From assembly GCA_963733375.1 (NCBI GenBank), contig CAVTDB010000026.1:128001-192000 (forward strand): a stretch of DNA of 64,000 bases. Reading direction: 5' to 3'. The position numbers and the translations under genes are program-made. The notes beneath the pieces were generated by a model. It searched no databases, had not been told where the DNA came from, and worked only from the letters and a program-made list of their open reading frames with translations. The DNA comes from Nitrospirota bacterium (GTDB lineage: Bacteria; Nitrospirota; JACRHJ01). Shown here piece by piece: positions 10,017 through 19,454 of this stretch. The number at the start of each line of letters is the position of its first letter. Within the stretch, counting starts at the first letter, position 1.

Positions 10017-13000
10017 GTGGTACAGCCTATACATACTGCGGTCAGAGGGAGAGCACGGTATAAGGTAAAAGGACTTTACCACTCCGAATCCCTCAAAACA
10101 GATATCGAAAAGGGCCTCTTTAATGAGGCTCGTGTAATTTCTTTTTCCGTCAACATCCTGACCGGAAACGTCCTTGTATTTTTTCCTCCCGAAGAATCCA
10201 GCTCCGTAATAGCCTCACTGCTCAAATCCATTGTAGACAGCTACATAAAAAAACTTCAGGAATCCGGCCCGCCAGCCAGGACGGTAACCTCACCCGCAAA
10301 GGCAAAAGCTGAGCTTCGGGAAAAGTTCAAGAGAATCAGGCCGTCATGAAGAACAGGACGCGGCGCACTGGCATCTTATCAGTTCCGAAGACGCCCTCAA
10401 TCTCACACGCTCTCAGGCAGGCTACGGCCTCACGTCCGAGGCCGCGGCGGATAAGCTCAGGAAATTCGGACCGAACCTCCTGCCGGAGGCTGTAAAGCGC
10501 TCCGGCCTTGAGATATTCGCGGAACAGTTCAAATCGATTCCGGTTGCGCTTCTGGGTGTAGCCGCGGGCCTTTCAATCTTTACGGGAGGCATATCCGACG
10601 CGGTCCTTATCGCGGGCGTGGTCCTCATCAACGCCGCAATCGGTTATGTCACTGAAACCCAGGCCGAAAAAACCATCAGTTCGTTGAAAACCCTGGTCAG
10701 GCCTTACGCGACTGTCTTAAGAGACGGCTTGCCGACAGAACTGGATGCCAAAGACGTGGTGCCGGGCGACGTCATTATCCTGAAACCCGGCAGTTACGTG
10801 GCTGCGGACTCAAGGCTTATAGAGGCCGATTTTCTCACCGTCGACGAGTCGGCCCTCACCGGCGAGAGCATGCCGGTGACAAAGAATACCGAGACGCTGG
10901 TAAAGCTGGACGTGCCCCTTGCGGACAGATTGAATATGGCTTATATGGGGACTCTTGTAATCGGGGGACAGGGCTATGCCGTGGTCGTCGCCACAGGCGA
11001 GTTCACCGAAATAGGCAGGATTCAGACGATGATGGGGGAAGCCCAGTCGCCGGAGACTCCCATGGAGAGACAGCTCCGGGTAATGGGCGGACAGTTAGTC
11101 GTCATAAGCGGGGGCGTGTGCGCCGTCGTGTTCATAATCGGCCTGTTACGGGGATATGGGTTCCTGCAGATGCTGCAGTCGTCGATATCCCTTGCCGTGG
11201 CCGCGGTCCCCGAGGGCCTGCCCACGATCGCGACTACGACCCTTGCGCTCGGGATAAGGAAGATGCGAAGGCATAACGTGCTTATCCGGCATCTGGAAGC
11301 GGTGGAAACCCTGGGTTCAGTCCAGACCATCTCGTTCGACAAGACCGGCACGATCACGATGAACAGGATGACCGTGGTGGAGGTTTACGCAGGCGGCATA
11401 AGGTTAAAGATATCAGACGGCAAATTCATCTCGGATGCGGACAGAGTGAATCCCTATGCGATGAAAGAGCTGCTGATGCTGCTGCACGTATCGGTCATAT
11501 GCAATGAGACCAAAATAGACTTCAAAGACGGCGAATACGAGCTTCGAGGCTCGCCCACGGAAATCGCGCTGATTAACCTGGCTATAAACGCTGGCATAGA
11601 CGTAGTGGAACTAAGGGCAAGGCACCCCATCCGAAAGATAAGCCATCGCTCGGAGAGCCGCAACTACATGAGCACCATGCACGGGGCGAAGGGCGGCGGC
11701 AAAATTTTCGCGGTAAAGGGAAGCCCGTCGGAAGTCCTTGCGATGTGCAAGTGGCATATGAAGGGCGGGCAGACGCTTCAACTTACCGAGGATGACAGGC
11801 AGGAGATATTCACGGAAAACGAGAGGATGGCCGGCGCTTCCATGAGGATGCTGGGTGCGGCTTTCAATTATTCCGGTGAAAACGGCAATGGGCTGATATG
11901 GCTGGGCCTTATCGGCATGGCGGACCCCGTTAGGAAGGGACTCAAGAACCTTATGGCCGGTTTTCACCAGGCCGGCATCGATACGATAATGATAACGGGC
12001 GACCAGAGCCCTACCGCGTTTGCAATCGGCAAGGAGCTGAACCTGAGCCAGGACAAGCAACTCGAAATACTGGATTCGACGCATCTTGCCGATATGGACA
12101 AGGAAGTCCTGCGGGCGCTCGCCGCGAGGGTGCATGTTTACGCCAGGGTAAGTCCGGCGCATAAGCTCCAGATAGTCAGGGCATTGCAGGAATCCGGGAA
12201 GGTGGTCGCCATGACGGGCGACGGAATAAACGACGGCCCGGCGCTGAAGGCGGCGGACATCGGGATTGCGCTTGGGCATACCGGGACGGACGTAGCCAGG
12301 GAAGTGGCGGATATCGTCCTGGAAGACGATAACCTGGAGACGATGATAGTGGCGGTCAGCCATGGAAGGACAATATATAACAACATCCGCAAATCGGTCC
12401 ACTACCTGCTTGCCACCAACTTAAGCGAAATCAACGTAATGTTTCTTGCTATCGCGGGCGGCCTGGGCCAGCCCCTGAGCGCGATACAGCTCCTTTGGAT
12501 AAACCTCCTTTCGGATATCTTCCCCGGGCTTGCGCTGGCGCTCGAACTGCCCGAGCCGGACGTTCTGTCCCGGCCGCCCAGGGACCCGCACGAGCCGATA
12601 ATAAAGCGCTCTGACTTTAAAAGGATCGCTTTTGAGTCGGCGCTTTTGTCCGGCGGGGCGCTTGGGGCTTATGGATACGGAATAGCGAGGTATGGGATGG
12701 GGGCAAAGGCAAACACGATGGCGTTTACGACCCTGACGACCGCCCAGCTGGTGCACGCAATAAGCTGCCGCTCAGAGACGGAAAGCATCTTCGGCAAGGA
12801 AAAGATGCCGCCGAACCCTTATCTCAACACGGCGCTCGGGGTTTCTCTCGCCTTGCAGGTTCTGACCCTGGCGATACCGGGTTTAAGGAGGCTCCTTGGA
12901 ATTACGACGATCGGGTTTGCCGACGCGGCCGTTATCGGCGCCGGCTCCATACTGCCATTTCTGATAAACGAGGCGACGAAGAGTAAACCTTCGGAAAAAG

Positions 13001-13122
13001 CTGATCGCGAAAAAAGCGCCTCCGCGCTTGAAAGCACCGTACCTTCAACCGAACGGGAGACGAACGGATATGAGAAAGAATTTCATGTTTACCTCGGAGT
13101 CGGTAACGGAAGGACACCCTGA
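10017..13122 (+). CDS. P2A (Ca2+-type) P-type ATPase with N-terminal HMA2 domain; frameshift near 10340
   Basis: HMA2 fragment 10017-10349 (HTAVRGRARYK, NILTGNVLV); GLTSE...FGPN cation-ATPase N domain; TGES, AVPEGLP, DKTGT, TGD, GDGIND, LLWINLLSD. Confidence 0.9.
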
Positions 13123-14260
13123 CAAACTTTGCGACCTTATAGCCGACGGTATCGTGGACCACTTCCTCCAGCAGGACCCGCTCTCCAAGGTGGTCGCCGA
13201 GTGCGCGGTTTCCACGTCCATCGTATTCATCGCGGCGAGGTTCGCTTCCACGGCCATTGTGGATTTTCCGGCGGTTGCGAGACAGATAATAGACCAGGTA
13301 GGCTATGATCAGCCGGCCTTTAACGCGAAGACGTGCAGCATACTTACAAGCCTGAGGGAGCTTCCGGAGAAAGAGCGCCCGGCCGTGGACGAGAAGGACA
13401 TGTCGGATGAGGAGATCGAGGCGATGCCGGCAAGAAACCAGGTCACGGTCTTCGGTTATGCCTGCGATCAGACATCGGTATTGATGCCGCTCCCGATATG
13501 GCTCGCGCACAAGCTGGCCAGGCGGCTTACGATGGTGAGGCTGACGAAGACGCTTCCCTACCTCTGCCCGGACGGAAAGACCCAGGTGGGGGTGGAGTAC
13601 AGGGATTTTAAGCCGCACCGGATACACAGCATAACGATAGTCGCGAGCCAGGACAAAACCGGCGTGCCCGTCCTTAAAAACCTGCACGAAGAAATAAAGG
13701 GGGCGGTGATCGACGAGGTCTTCAAGGACGAGAGAATAAAACCGGACGACAAGACACATATATTCGTGAACCCGAGGGGGCAGTTGATAGTGGGCGGCCC
13801 CTCCGTGCATTCCGGCCTTACGGGCAGGAAAAACGCCATCGACACTTACGGCGAATATTCGAGGCAAAGCGGCGCGGCGCTCTCCGGCAAGGACCCGTCG
13901 AGGATTGACAGAGTCGGGGCCTATGCCGCGCGGCATGCGGCAAAGACAGTGGTCGCGGCGGGGCTTGCAACGGAGTGCGAGGTCCAGTTGAGCTATTCAA
14001 TCAACCTCTCAAGGCCGGTGAGCGTGCAGGTGGAGACGTTCGGCACCGGCAAAATTGGCGATGAGGAGATAGCCTCGATGCTGGAGAAAAATTTCGATTT
14101 CAGGCTAGCCGGAATAATAAAAAAGTTCAACCTGAGGCACCTGCCGTCTTTAATCAAGGGAGGCTTTTACAGGAAGCTTGCCGCATACGGCCATATGGGC
14201 AGGATGGACATGGGACTGCCCTGGGAAGTAACGGAAAAGATATCCGCGTTCAGGAGGTAG
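13070..14260 (+). CDS. metK: Methionine adenosyltransferase homolog (divergent active site)
   Basis: FTSESVTEGHPDK, PDGKTQV, GLTGRK, SGKDPSRIDR, AAYGH; the GAGDQG signature is altered to PARNQV. Confidence 0.85.
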   Translation: MRKNFMFTSESVTEGHPDKLCDLIADGIVDHFLQQDPLSKVVAECAVSTSIVFIAARFASTAIVDFPAVARQIIDQVGYDQPAFNAKTCSILTSLRELPEKERPAVDEKDMSDEEIEAMPARNQVTVFGYACDQTSVLMPLPIWLAHKLARRLTMVRLTKTLPYLCPDGKTQVGVEYRDFKPHRIHSITIVASQDKTGVPVLKNLHEEIKGAVIDEVFKDERIKPDDKTHIFVNPRGQLIVGGPSVHSGLTGRKNAIDTYGEYSRQSGAALSGKDPSRIDRVGAYAARHAAKTVVAAGLATECEVQLSYSINLSRPVSVQVETFGTGKIGDEEIASMLEKNFDFRLAGIIKKFNLRHLPSLIKGGFYRKLAAYGHMGRMDMGLPWEVTEKISAFRR

Positions 14261-14261
14261 C

Positions 14262-14495
14262 ATGCTGAATTATCTTTATGACGACGAGGCGGAACGGCAG
14301 ATACACCTGCACGCTATGCAAATACTCTGCAAGGAGATAATACTCCCGGAGGAGGAAATAAGGGAATTGTACGAGCGGGAACTGGAAAGACTGAAGGGAA
14401 CCGCGAGGGTCAAGGATTTTCTGGTCGTGCTCGTCTGCAGGGCCGTGAGAGACACCCTGCGCAGGCACCGGGAAAATGAGGAGTTGGCCTCATGA
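14262..14495 (+). CDS. Small helical protein (DUF3562-like)
   Basis: YERELERLKGTARVKDFLVVLV pattern; starts 2 nt after the metK-like stop. Confidence 0.6.
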   Translation: MLNYLYDDEAERQIHLHAMQILCKEIILPEEEIRELYERELERLKGTARVKDFLVVLVCRAVRDTLRRHRENEELAS

Positions 14496-14498
14496 CCC

Positions 14499-15359
14499 TC
14501 ACCCGGCCCCGTCTTTTTCTCCGTCTTTCGGTGTCACGTTTTTCATTAAAAAATCCACGATAACAGCCGCCGTCAGGGCCAGTATCAAGAGCCCCGCCGC
14601 AGTCATGATGCTGTTCAGCAGGTCGGGGCCGAACACCAGGACCAAACCAAGGCCGAACATCATGAAGCCGGAAACCAGGTTCAAAAACTTTCCCTGGCGG
14701 GCCTGCGTCTTTTTTGTCCCCAGGCTTACCGCGAAGATAAGGACAATGGCCGCGAGCGGTATGACATAGACGATGCAGTAAAGAAGAAGATAGGAGTAAT
14801 AATCGACCGTGGAGAGCTTGAACAGGGTCAGGCCCCTTGTGAATATCAGCGGGAACCCCAGCGAGCTGACCATCTCATAGACGTTTACGGCTATGGCAAG
14901 AAGGCTTGCGCCCGCTATCATCGGGACCGTGCGTTTTGAGTGCAGGAGCCCTTTAATCCTGGATATTACGGTATTGCCGGGTTTGTCGGAGTTTAAAAAA
15001 TTTTCTCCGTCACCATCCGTGAAATAGCTCCTTACATTCAGGCCGCCCACTATAACCGCGGCTATGCCTGCCGACATCGTTATTATCCTTAAGTGGCCGA
15101 CAAAAAGGAATACGTTCAGCCATGCGGCTATGAAGATGAAGTAGATTAAACCCGAGAATAAAACGAAGGTCCCGCCGATAAGGAGCATCCTGCTTCTCGA
15201 CCGCTCACTTATCAGCAGGCCCAGGAGAAACGAGAGGACGAAAAAAGCGACTGGGTTAACGCTGTCCAGCGCTGCGAGTATTACCGTAAACAAAGCTGGG
15301 GAGATTGATGAAGGATCAACCTTCCCCAGCAAAGGCAGGATTAATAAGGCATTGGACAT
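14499..15359 (-). CDS. Multi-pass membrane protein, CcdA/DsbD-TM-like
   Basis: C-terminal part of ORF 14499-15911 from MSNALL; LDSVNP..F.VL pattern and about 8 hydrophobic helices. Confidence 0.6.
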   Translation of the reverse strand: MSNALLILPLLGKVDPSSISPALFTVILAALDSVNPVAFFVLSFLLGLLISERSRSRMLLIGGTFVLFSGLIYFIFIAAWLNVFLFVGHLRIITMSAGIAAVIVGGLNVRSYFTDGDGENFLNSDKPGNTVISRIKGLLHSKRTVPMIAGASLLAIAVNVYEMVSSLGFPLIFTRGLTLFKLSTVDYYSYLLLYCIVYVIPLAAIVLIFAVSLGTKKTQARQGKFLNLVSGFMMFGLGLVLVFGPDLLNSIMTAAGLLILALTAAVIVDFLMKNVTPKDGEKDGAG

Positions 15360-16038
15360 TACCTGCTTTTCTTCCTCGCTTTTGCATGCTCTTCCGCGCC
15401 TCGGCCTCAGCCGGTTCCGCTTCTTCCGCCGCCGTCTTCCAACAGCCCTCTTCGGAAGCGCCGCGCTGGCTACATCTTTCAAGCCGCCCACCACGCCGAT
15501 AAGGACATCTTTCACGGTGGCCACGGCGGCATTTCCGATGGAGCCCGCCGCCTCAACGGCGCCGCCTACCGCGGAAACCGCGACTTCTTCGAGATTGCCG
15601 CCCACTTCCTTCGCGGCCTCGATTATCCCGTCTACCGCGCCCTTTGCCACAATAGCGACATCCGCGCCGACTTCGGCGGCGCCCTTAACGGCGCCTCTTG
15701 CGGTCTGGCTTGCGGCCGTGACAACGTCTCCGCTGATATCGCTTATCCCCATCACGGCGCCTTTAGCGACGCTTCTCGTGCTGTTGATAAGGTTCGCGCC
15801 CACTTCCTCGGAGGCCTGTATAGCCCCTTTCAGGACATCCGCCGTCACGTTCACGGCCTGGTCCGTCACCGTGCCCGTGGCCTTGATGGTATTTGAAACC
15901 GTATCGCGCACAAGACGTCACTATCTCGGCCTCTATCTCATTCAGCCCCTGCAGGCTTGAAGTTATCTCACCTTTTACGGTAGTACCTGCTTTTCCTATC
16001 GACATGCCGGGATGTTCCAACGCTTCTTCCTTAGCCAT
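15359..16038 (-). CDS. Ala/Gly/Val-rich amphipathic helical repeat protein; frameshift near 15915
   Basis: MAKEEALEH start (16038, GGAGG RBS) joins RDTVSNT...; ~22-aa repeats AxxGAVxGAAEVGxD; exact 3' end uncertain. Confidence 0.6.
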
Positions 16039-16153
16039 AAAGCCCTCCGTAGTTAAATGTACCATTTAAGTATAGCATTCCCGGAAAACTCATAACCCAT
16101 TGTCCCGCAGTGATTTTCATTACTTACCTATCATCAGGTAAGTATCGGTCAAT

Positions 16154-16444
16154 TCATACGACCTGCCTGAGCCTTTCGGCGTATGTGCCGCTTTTTACCA
16201 GGATTTCTCTCTTTATCTCGGCTAAAGTAACTATGACCTCGTCTATTTCCTCCGGCGCCAGGATGACCGTATCGTTTGTCTCCGTCGGACATTCGCCCGT
16301 ATTGCAGAGGTAGAGGTGTTTTTCACCCCGTACGCCAAAAAGAAGCGTCGTTCCCGATTTCAGCGGGATCATTTTTTTACCGTCTTTTAAGGCCACTATC
16401 ATTTTATCATCTCCTTTTCCGCTATAGACAGAAGCCAGACTCAA
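16154..16444 (-). CDS. Hypothetical protein
   Basis: ORF with AGGAG RBS before MIVALKDG (probable start 16402). Confidence 0.4.
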   Translation of the reverse strand: MSLASVYSGKGDDKMIVALKDGKKMIPLKSGTTLLFGVRGEKHLYLCNTGECPTETNDTVILAPEEIDEVIVTLAEIKREILVKSGTYAERLRQVV

Positions 16445-16609
16445 CCATACGGAGGTGATGTTACCACTTTATTGTTACAACCTTATTGTGTCTAAAAGAA
16501 TTTATTGTTAAGCAGAGGAACTGAACTGGTATGAAACTGGAAAAATACTACACTCTCCGCTTGAGCGGCAATGGCAGGACCGGCAGCGGTTATTTAAACT
16601 TGTTTTCTC

Positions 16610-16981
16610 TTACAGCAGTACGCTTAAAAGTGAAAGCGCGGAGCCCTCGAAGACCAGATCGACCGCGACGCCGAAGACAGCCTTGCTAACGGCGCGGCCG
16701 GCCTTATGGGCCGCCTGGTGCACGTACTGGTCGTTGGTTACAGCCTTTGAATAATCGAAATAACCTTTTTTTGCCATTTCGGAAACTATGGCTTTGTGCG
16801 TCACGGAGATGGGGTCGTAATTGATGACGATGCTGCCGGTAACGGTGTTGGTAGCGACGGCGGTAACTCCGTCAATGGAGCTTATCTCACCTTCGATCCT
16901 TGCAGCCATCAACTCCTTGCCCTTGATGACCGGGGTCTTGACTCTGAGCCTGCCAGGTACATTGTGCATGTAATAGCTCAA
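16610..16981 (-). CDS. HMA2-domain protein with hydrophobic C-terminus
   Basis: YYMHNVPGRLRVK, ATNTVTGSIVINYD; GGAGG RBS. Confidence 0.75.
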   Translation of the reverse strand: MSYYMHNVPGRLRVKTPVIKGKELMAARIEGEISSIDGVTAVATNTVTGSIVINYDPISVTHKAIVSEMAKKGYFDYSKAVTNDQYVHQAAHKAGRAVSKAVFGVAVDLVFEGSALSLLSVLL

Positions 16982-17286
16982 ATCTCACCTCCCTTGATTT
17001 TTATATACGTCCTGCAAACCGGATATCCGGAGCATCGGAACCTCCAGAAAACGTCCTCCCTCCGGTATATGTGCATATGTTTGCCGCAGACGGGACATAA
17101 AGGTTTGTGGTTTATAACAGGTCTTTTGCTCCCCAGGGTAAACTGTTTGTTGCATATCAGACACAGATACCGCTGTTTTTCCCGTGAAGTGTGCCCGTAC
17201 CTGTAAATTGCTTCGCTTCCGCATGAAGGGCATTCAATTTCCCCGGTCCATCCTTGGGCGGCTTTGTCATGCCTACAGTTATACAA
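16978..17286 (-). CDS. Double zinc-ribbon protein (IS1 InsA-like N-terminal ribbon plus topoisomerase-like ribbon)
   Basis: CPSCGS..IYRYG....KQRYLCLICNKQF and CPVCG...FRCSGYPVC; true start probably near 17251. Confidence 0.65.
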   Translation of the reverse strand: MYNCRHDKAAQGWTGEIECPSCGSEAIYRYGHTSREKQRYLCLICNKQFTLGSKRPVINHKPLCPVCGKHMHIYRREDVFWRFRCSGYPVCRTYIKIKGGEI

Positions 17287-17293
17287 TATTTAA

Positions 17294-17332
17294 ATTACAG
17301 GGTAATTAACGAATTGTTAAGATTTGGTTACA
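17294..17332 (-). promoter_or_regulatory. Four 11-bp-spaced direct repeats (PhoB/OmpR-type operator)
   Basis: ATTACA 17294, ATTAAC 17305, GTTAAG 17316, GTTACA 17327; minus-strand TATAAC -10 at 17278-17283. Confidence 0.6.
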
Positions 17333-17401
17333 GTCGAAATCAGAGGGGAATTTATATGGTTTGCCGAAATCAGGGGGGCCTTTATAAAGACCCCCATTGT
17401 G

Positions 17402-17803
17402 TCAACTTTTAGCTTTGGCCGCCTTGGTAGCCACTTTTTTTGCCGGTTTAGGCCGGGATACCGTCTCTTCCTTGCGCGGCGCCGCTTTCTTTATGGCCGC
17501 CTTCGCGGAAGACACATGCCGCGCCACCGTTCCTCCCACGCCTGCCCCGGCTGCCGCGGCTAAGAGAGGCTCGTCGGCTGCGGCGTGACGTTCGGATTTT
17601 ATTTCCGCCACCAGGTCGCCGACCACTTCGCCGACGTCATGGTACGCCTCCCTGCCTTTATCATACGCGACCAGCCCTCCTTTTATGGCCATCTTCACGA
17701 CCGGCTTCGCCACCCTGGCGATAATCGGCACGAATATGATGCCCCCGACGCCTATCGCCAGCGCCGTCACTATGTTCCCTTTGAACAGGTCATCAATTCC
17801 CAT
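17402..17803 (-). CDS. Second DUF5132-like protein with Lys/Ala-rich tail
   Basis: DDLFKGNIVTALAIGVGGIIFVP...KPVVKMAIKGGL; clear paralog of 9197-9487. Confidence 0.75.
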   Translation of the reverse strand: MGIDDLFKGNIVTALAIGVGGIIFVPIIARVAKPVVKMAIKGGLVAYDKGREAYHDVGEVVGDLVAEIKSERHAAADEPLLAAAAGAGVGGTVARHVSSAKAAIKKAAPRKEETVSRPKPAKKVATKAAKAKS

Positions 17804-17874
17804 GACCCCACCTCCGCTGAAATCCTGTTATTCAAATTTGCCTCTATTATTTAATTATAGCAAATTCGATGAAG

Positions 17875-18261
17875 TTATATACCCAGGAATTCAGCGACCT
17901 TGCTCCTTAATTCGTAAAGGTTGCCTTTGCATATATAACCCCGCAGCCCATGTTCCGCGGCCGATTTGCGCAGGCTGTCTTCGTCGTTCGACGAAAGAAA
18001 AGCTACCGGGATGTCTTTGCAGGACATGGTGTTTTTTATTACTTGCGCGAGCGATTCGCCCGAGAGTGCGGGCATGTTTATATCGATCAGGATAAGGTCC
18101 GGCCGCAGGTCCTTTATTACATTCGTGGAGCCTAAGGCCTGGCTGTGGGTATGCGCTTCGTAACCCTCGTTTTCCATGATCTCTTTTGTCGTCAGAAGAA
18201 GTCTCTCGTCGTCATCGATTATCAATATTTTTTTCTTTTTCTTTTCCATTTCCATTTCCAT
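17875..18261 (-). CDS. Single-domain response regulator (REC)
   Basis: ILIIDDD, PDLILIDINMP, YICK. Confidence 0.85.
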   Translation of the reverse strand: MEMEMEKKKKKILIIDDDERLLLTTKEIMENEGYEAHTHSQALGSTNVIKDLRPDLILIDINMPALSGESLAQVIKNTMSCKDIPVAFLSSNDEDSLRKSAAEHGLRGYICKGNLYELRSKVAEFLGI

Positions 18262-19450
18262 TTCCGTTTCCGTTCTCCATTAAGTCAAGTGGAAGGCTGA
18301 TTTCAAACTTCGTGCCTTCTCCGAAGGTACTGCTGATAGAGATATCGCCTCCAAGCAGGTCAACCAGGTGCTTCGTTATGGTGAGGCCAAGCCCCGTCCC
18401 TTCATGCCTCTTCGTATGCGCGTCCTCAAGCTGGGTGAATGCCGTGAAAAGTCTTTTTAGGTCTTCCTCTCTTATGCCTATGCCGGTATCCCGGACTGAA
18501 ACGAGGAACCTGCCTTCTTCCTTACGCGCCTCAAGGATGATCCTTCCTTCATCCGTGAACTTTGCCGCGTTGCTCATGAGGTTCGTCAGTATCTGGCGGA
18601 GCTTGACCCGGTCCGTATAAATACTGAACGGACTTCCTATTACGTGGACCTCCACGGAAACGGCTTTTTTCCCGAGAAGCACGCGGGTGGTATCCGCGAC
18701 TTCTTTCAATACCGGGGCCGGGTCGAATAATTCAGGGATGACTTCCATCCGGCCCGCCTCGACCTTCGACAGGTCGAGTATGTTGGTAATAATAGCGCGC
18801 AGGCCAAGGGCGCTTGACGAGAGCAGGTCCAGCCGGTCCGTCAGCTGGTCGATGTATCCCTTATCGCATGATATCTTCATCAACTCGGCCAGGCCTATGA
18901 TGGCGTTGACCGGAGCCCTCAGTTCATGAGTCACGTTGGCGATGAACTGGGATTTGATGTTGTTGACCTTCTCCAGTTCCTTCGCCTTGGCGTTGGCCAG
19001 TTCCTTCTGCATGATGCTGTTGGCCAGGGCGTTGCTCTGCTCTATGACTATCCTTTTTATGGAGAGAAGCCCGATGAACTTATCGTCGTCATCGACGACC
19101 ACTATATCGTCATAGACGTCCTGGAACGGCCTGCAAAGCGCCCTGTCGAGCGTTTCGTCTATGCCGCGCGACATATTGATCGACAGGGGCTCTTTATCGG
19201 CTATGGTAAAAATCGGCTTCCGCTCGTGAAGCTCGAAACCGAACCTTCTAAACAGCGTGAAAAGCAACTTGTTCCTCGTAACGAGGCCGACGGGTTTACC
19301 CATATCCACGATGGCGAGCGCGTCGAGATGCTTCTCCTGAAAGAACCTTTCAGCCACTTCTTTTACGCGCATATCGGGAAAGATATGCTCTGTTGAAGTG
19401 ATAAGCTCTCCGATAGGAGTTATAGTCTCTTCCATGATTTTCCTGTTCAT
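18212..19450 (-). CDS. CBS-domain sensor histidine kinase
   Basis: N-terminal CBS pair; H-box THELRAP, N-box NLMSNAAKFT, DTGIG, GTGLGL. Confidence 0.88.
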   Translation of the reverse strand: MNRKIMEETITPIGELITSTEHIFPDMRVKEVAERFFQEKHLDALAIVDMGKPVGLVTRNKLLFTLFRRFGFELHERKPIFTIADKEPLSINMSRGIDETLDRALCRPFQDVYDDIVVVDDDDKFIGLLSIKRIVIEQSNALANSIMQKELANAKAKELEKVNNIKSQFIANVTHELRAPVNAIIGLAELMKISCDKGYIDQLTDRLDLLSSSALGLRAIITNILDLSKVEAGRMEVIPELFDPAPVLKEVADTTRVLLGKKAVSVEVHVIGSPFSIYTDRVKLRQILTNLMSNAAKFTDEGRIILEARKEEGRFLVSVRDTGIGIREEDLKRLFTAFTQLEDAHTKRHEGTGLGLTITKHLVDLLGGDISISSTFGEGTKFEISLPLDLMENGNGNGNGNGKEKEKNIDNR

Positions 19451-19454
19451 ACGG

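Noticed and set aside
16978-17286. Active IS1 element
   Set aside because: No DDE transposase, inverted repeats or target duplication visible
9197-17803. Magnetosome island
   Set aside because: No mamA/B/E/K/M/Q-like genes; only the small Gly-rich proteins are loosely similar
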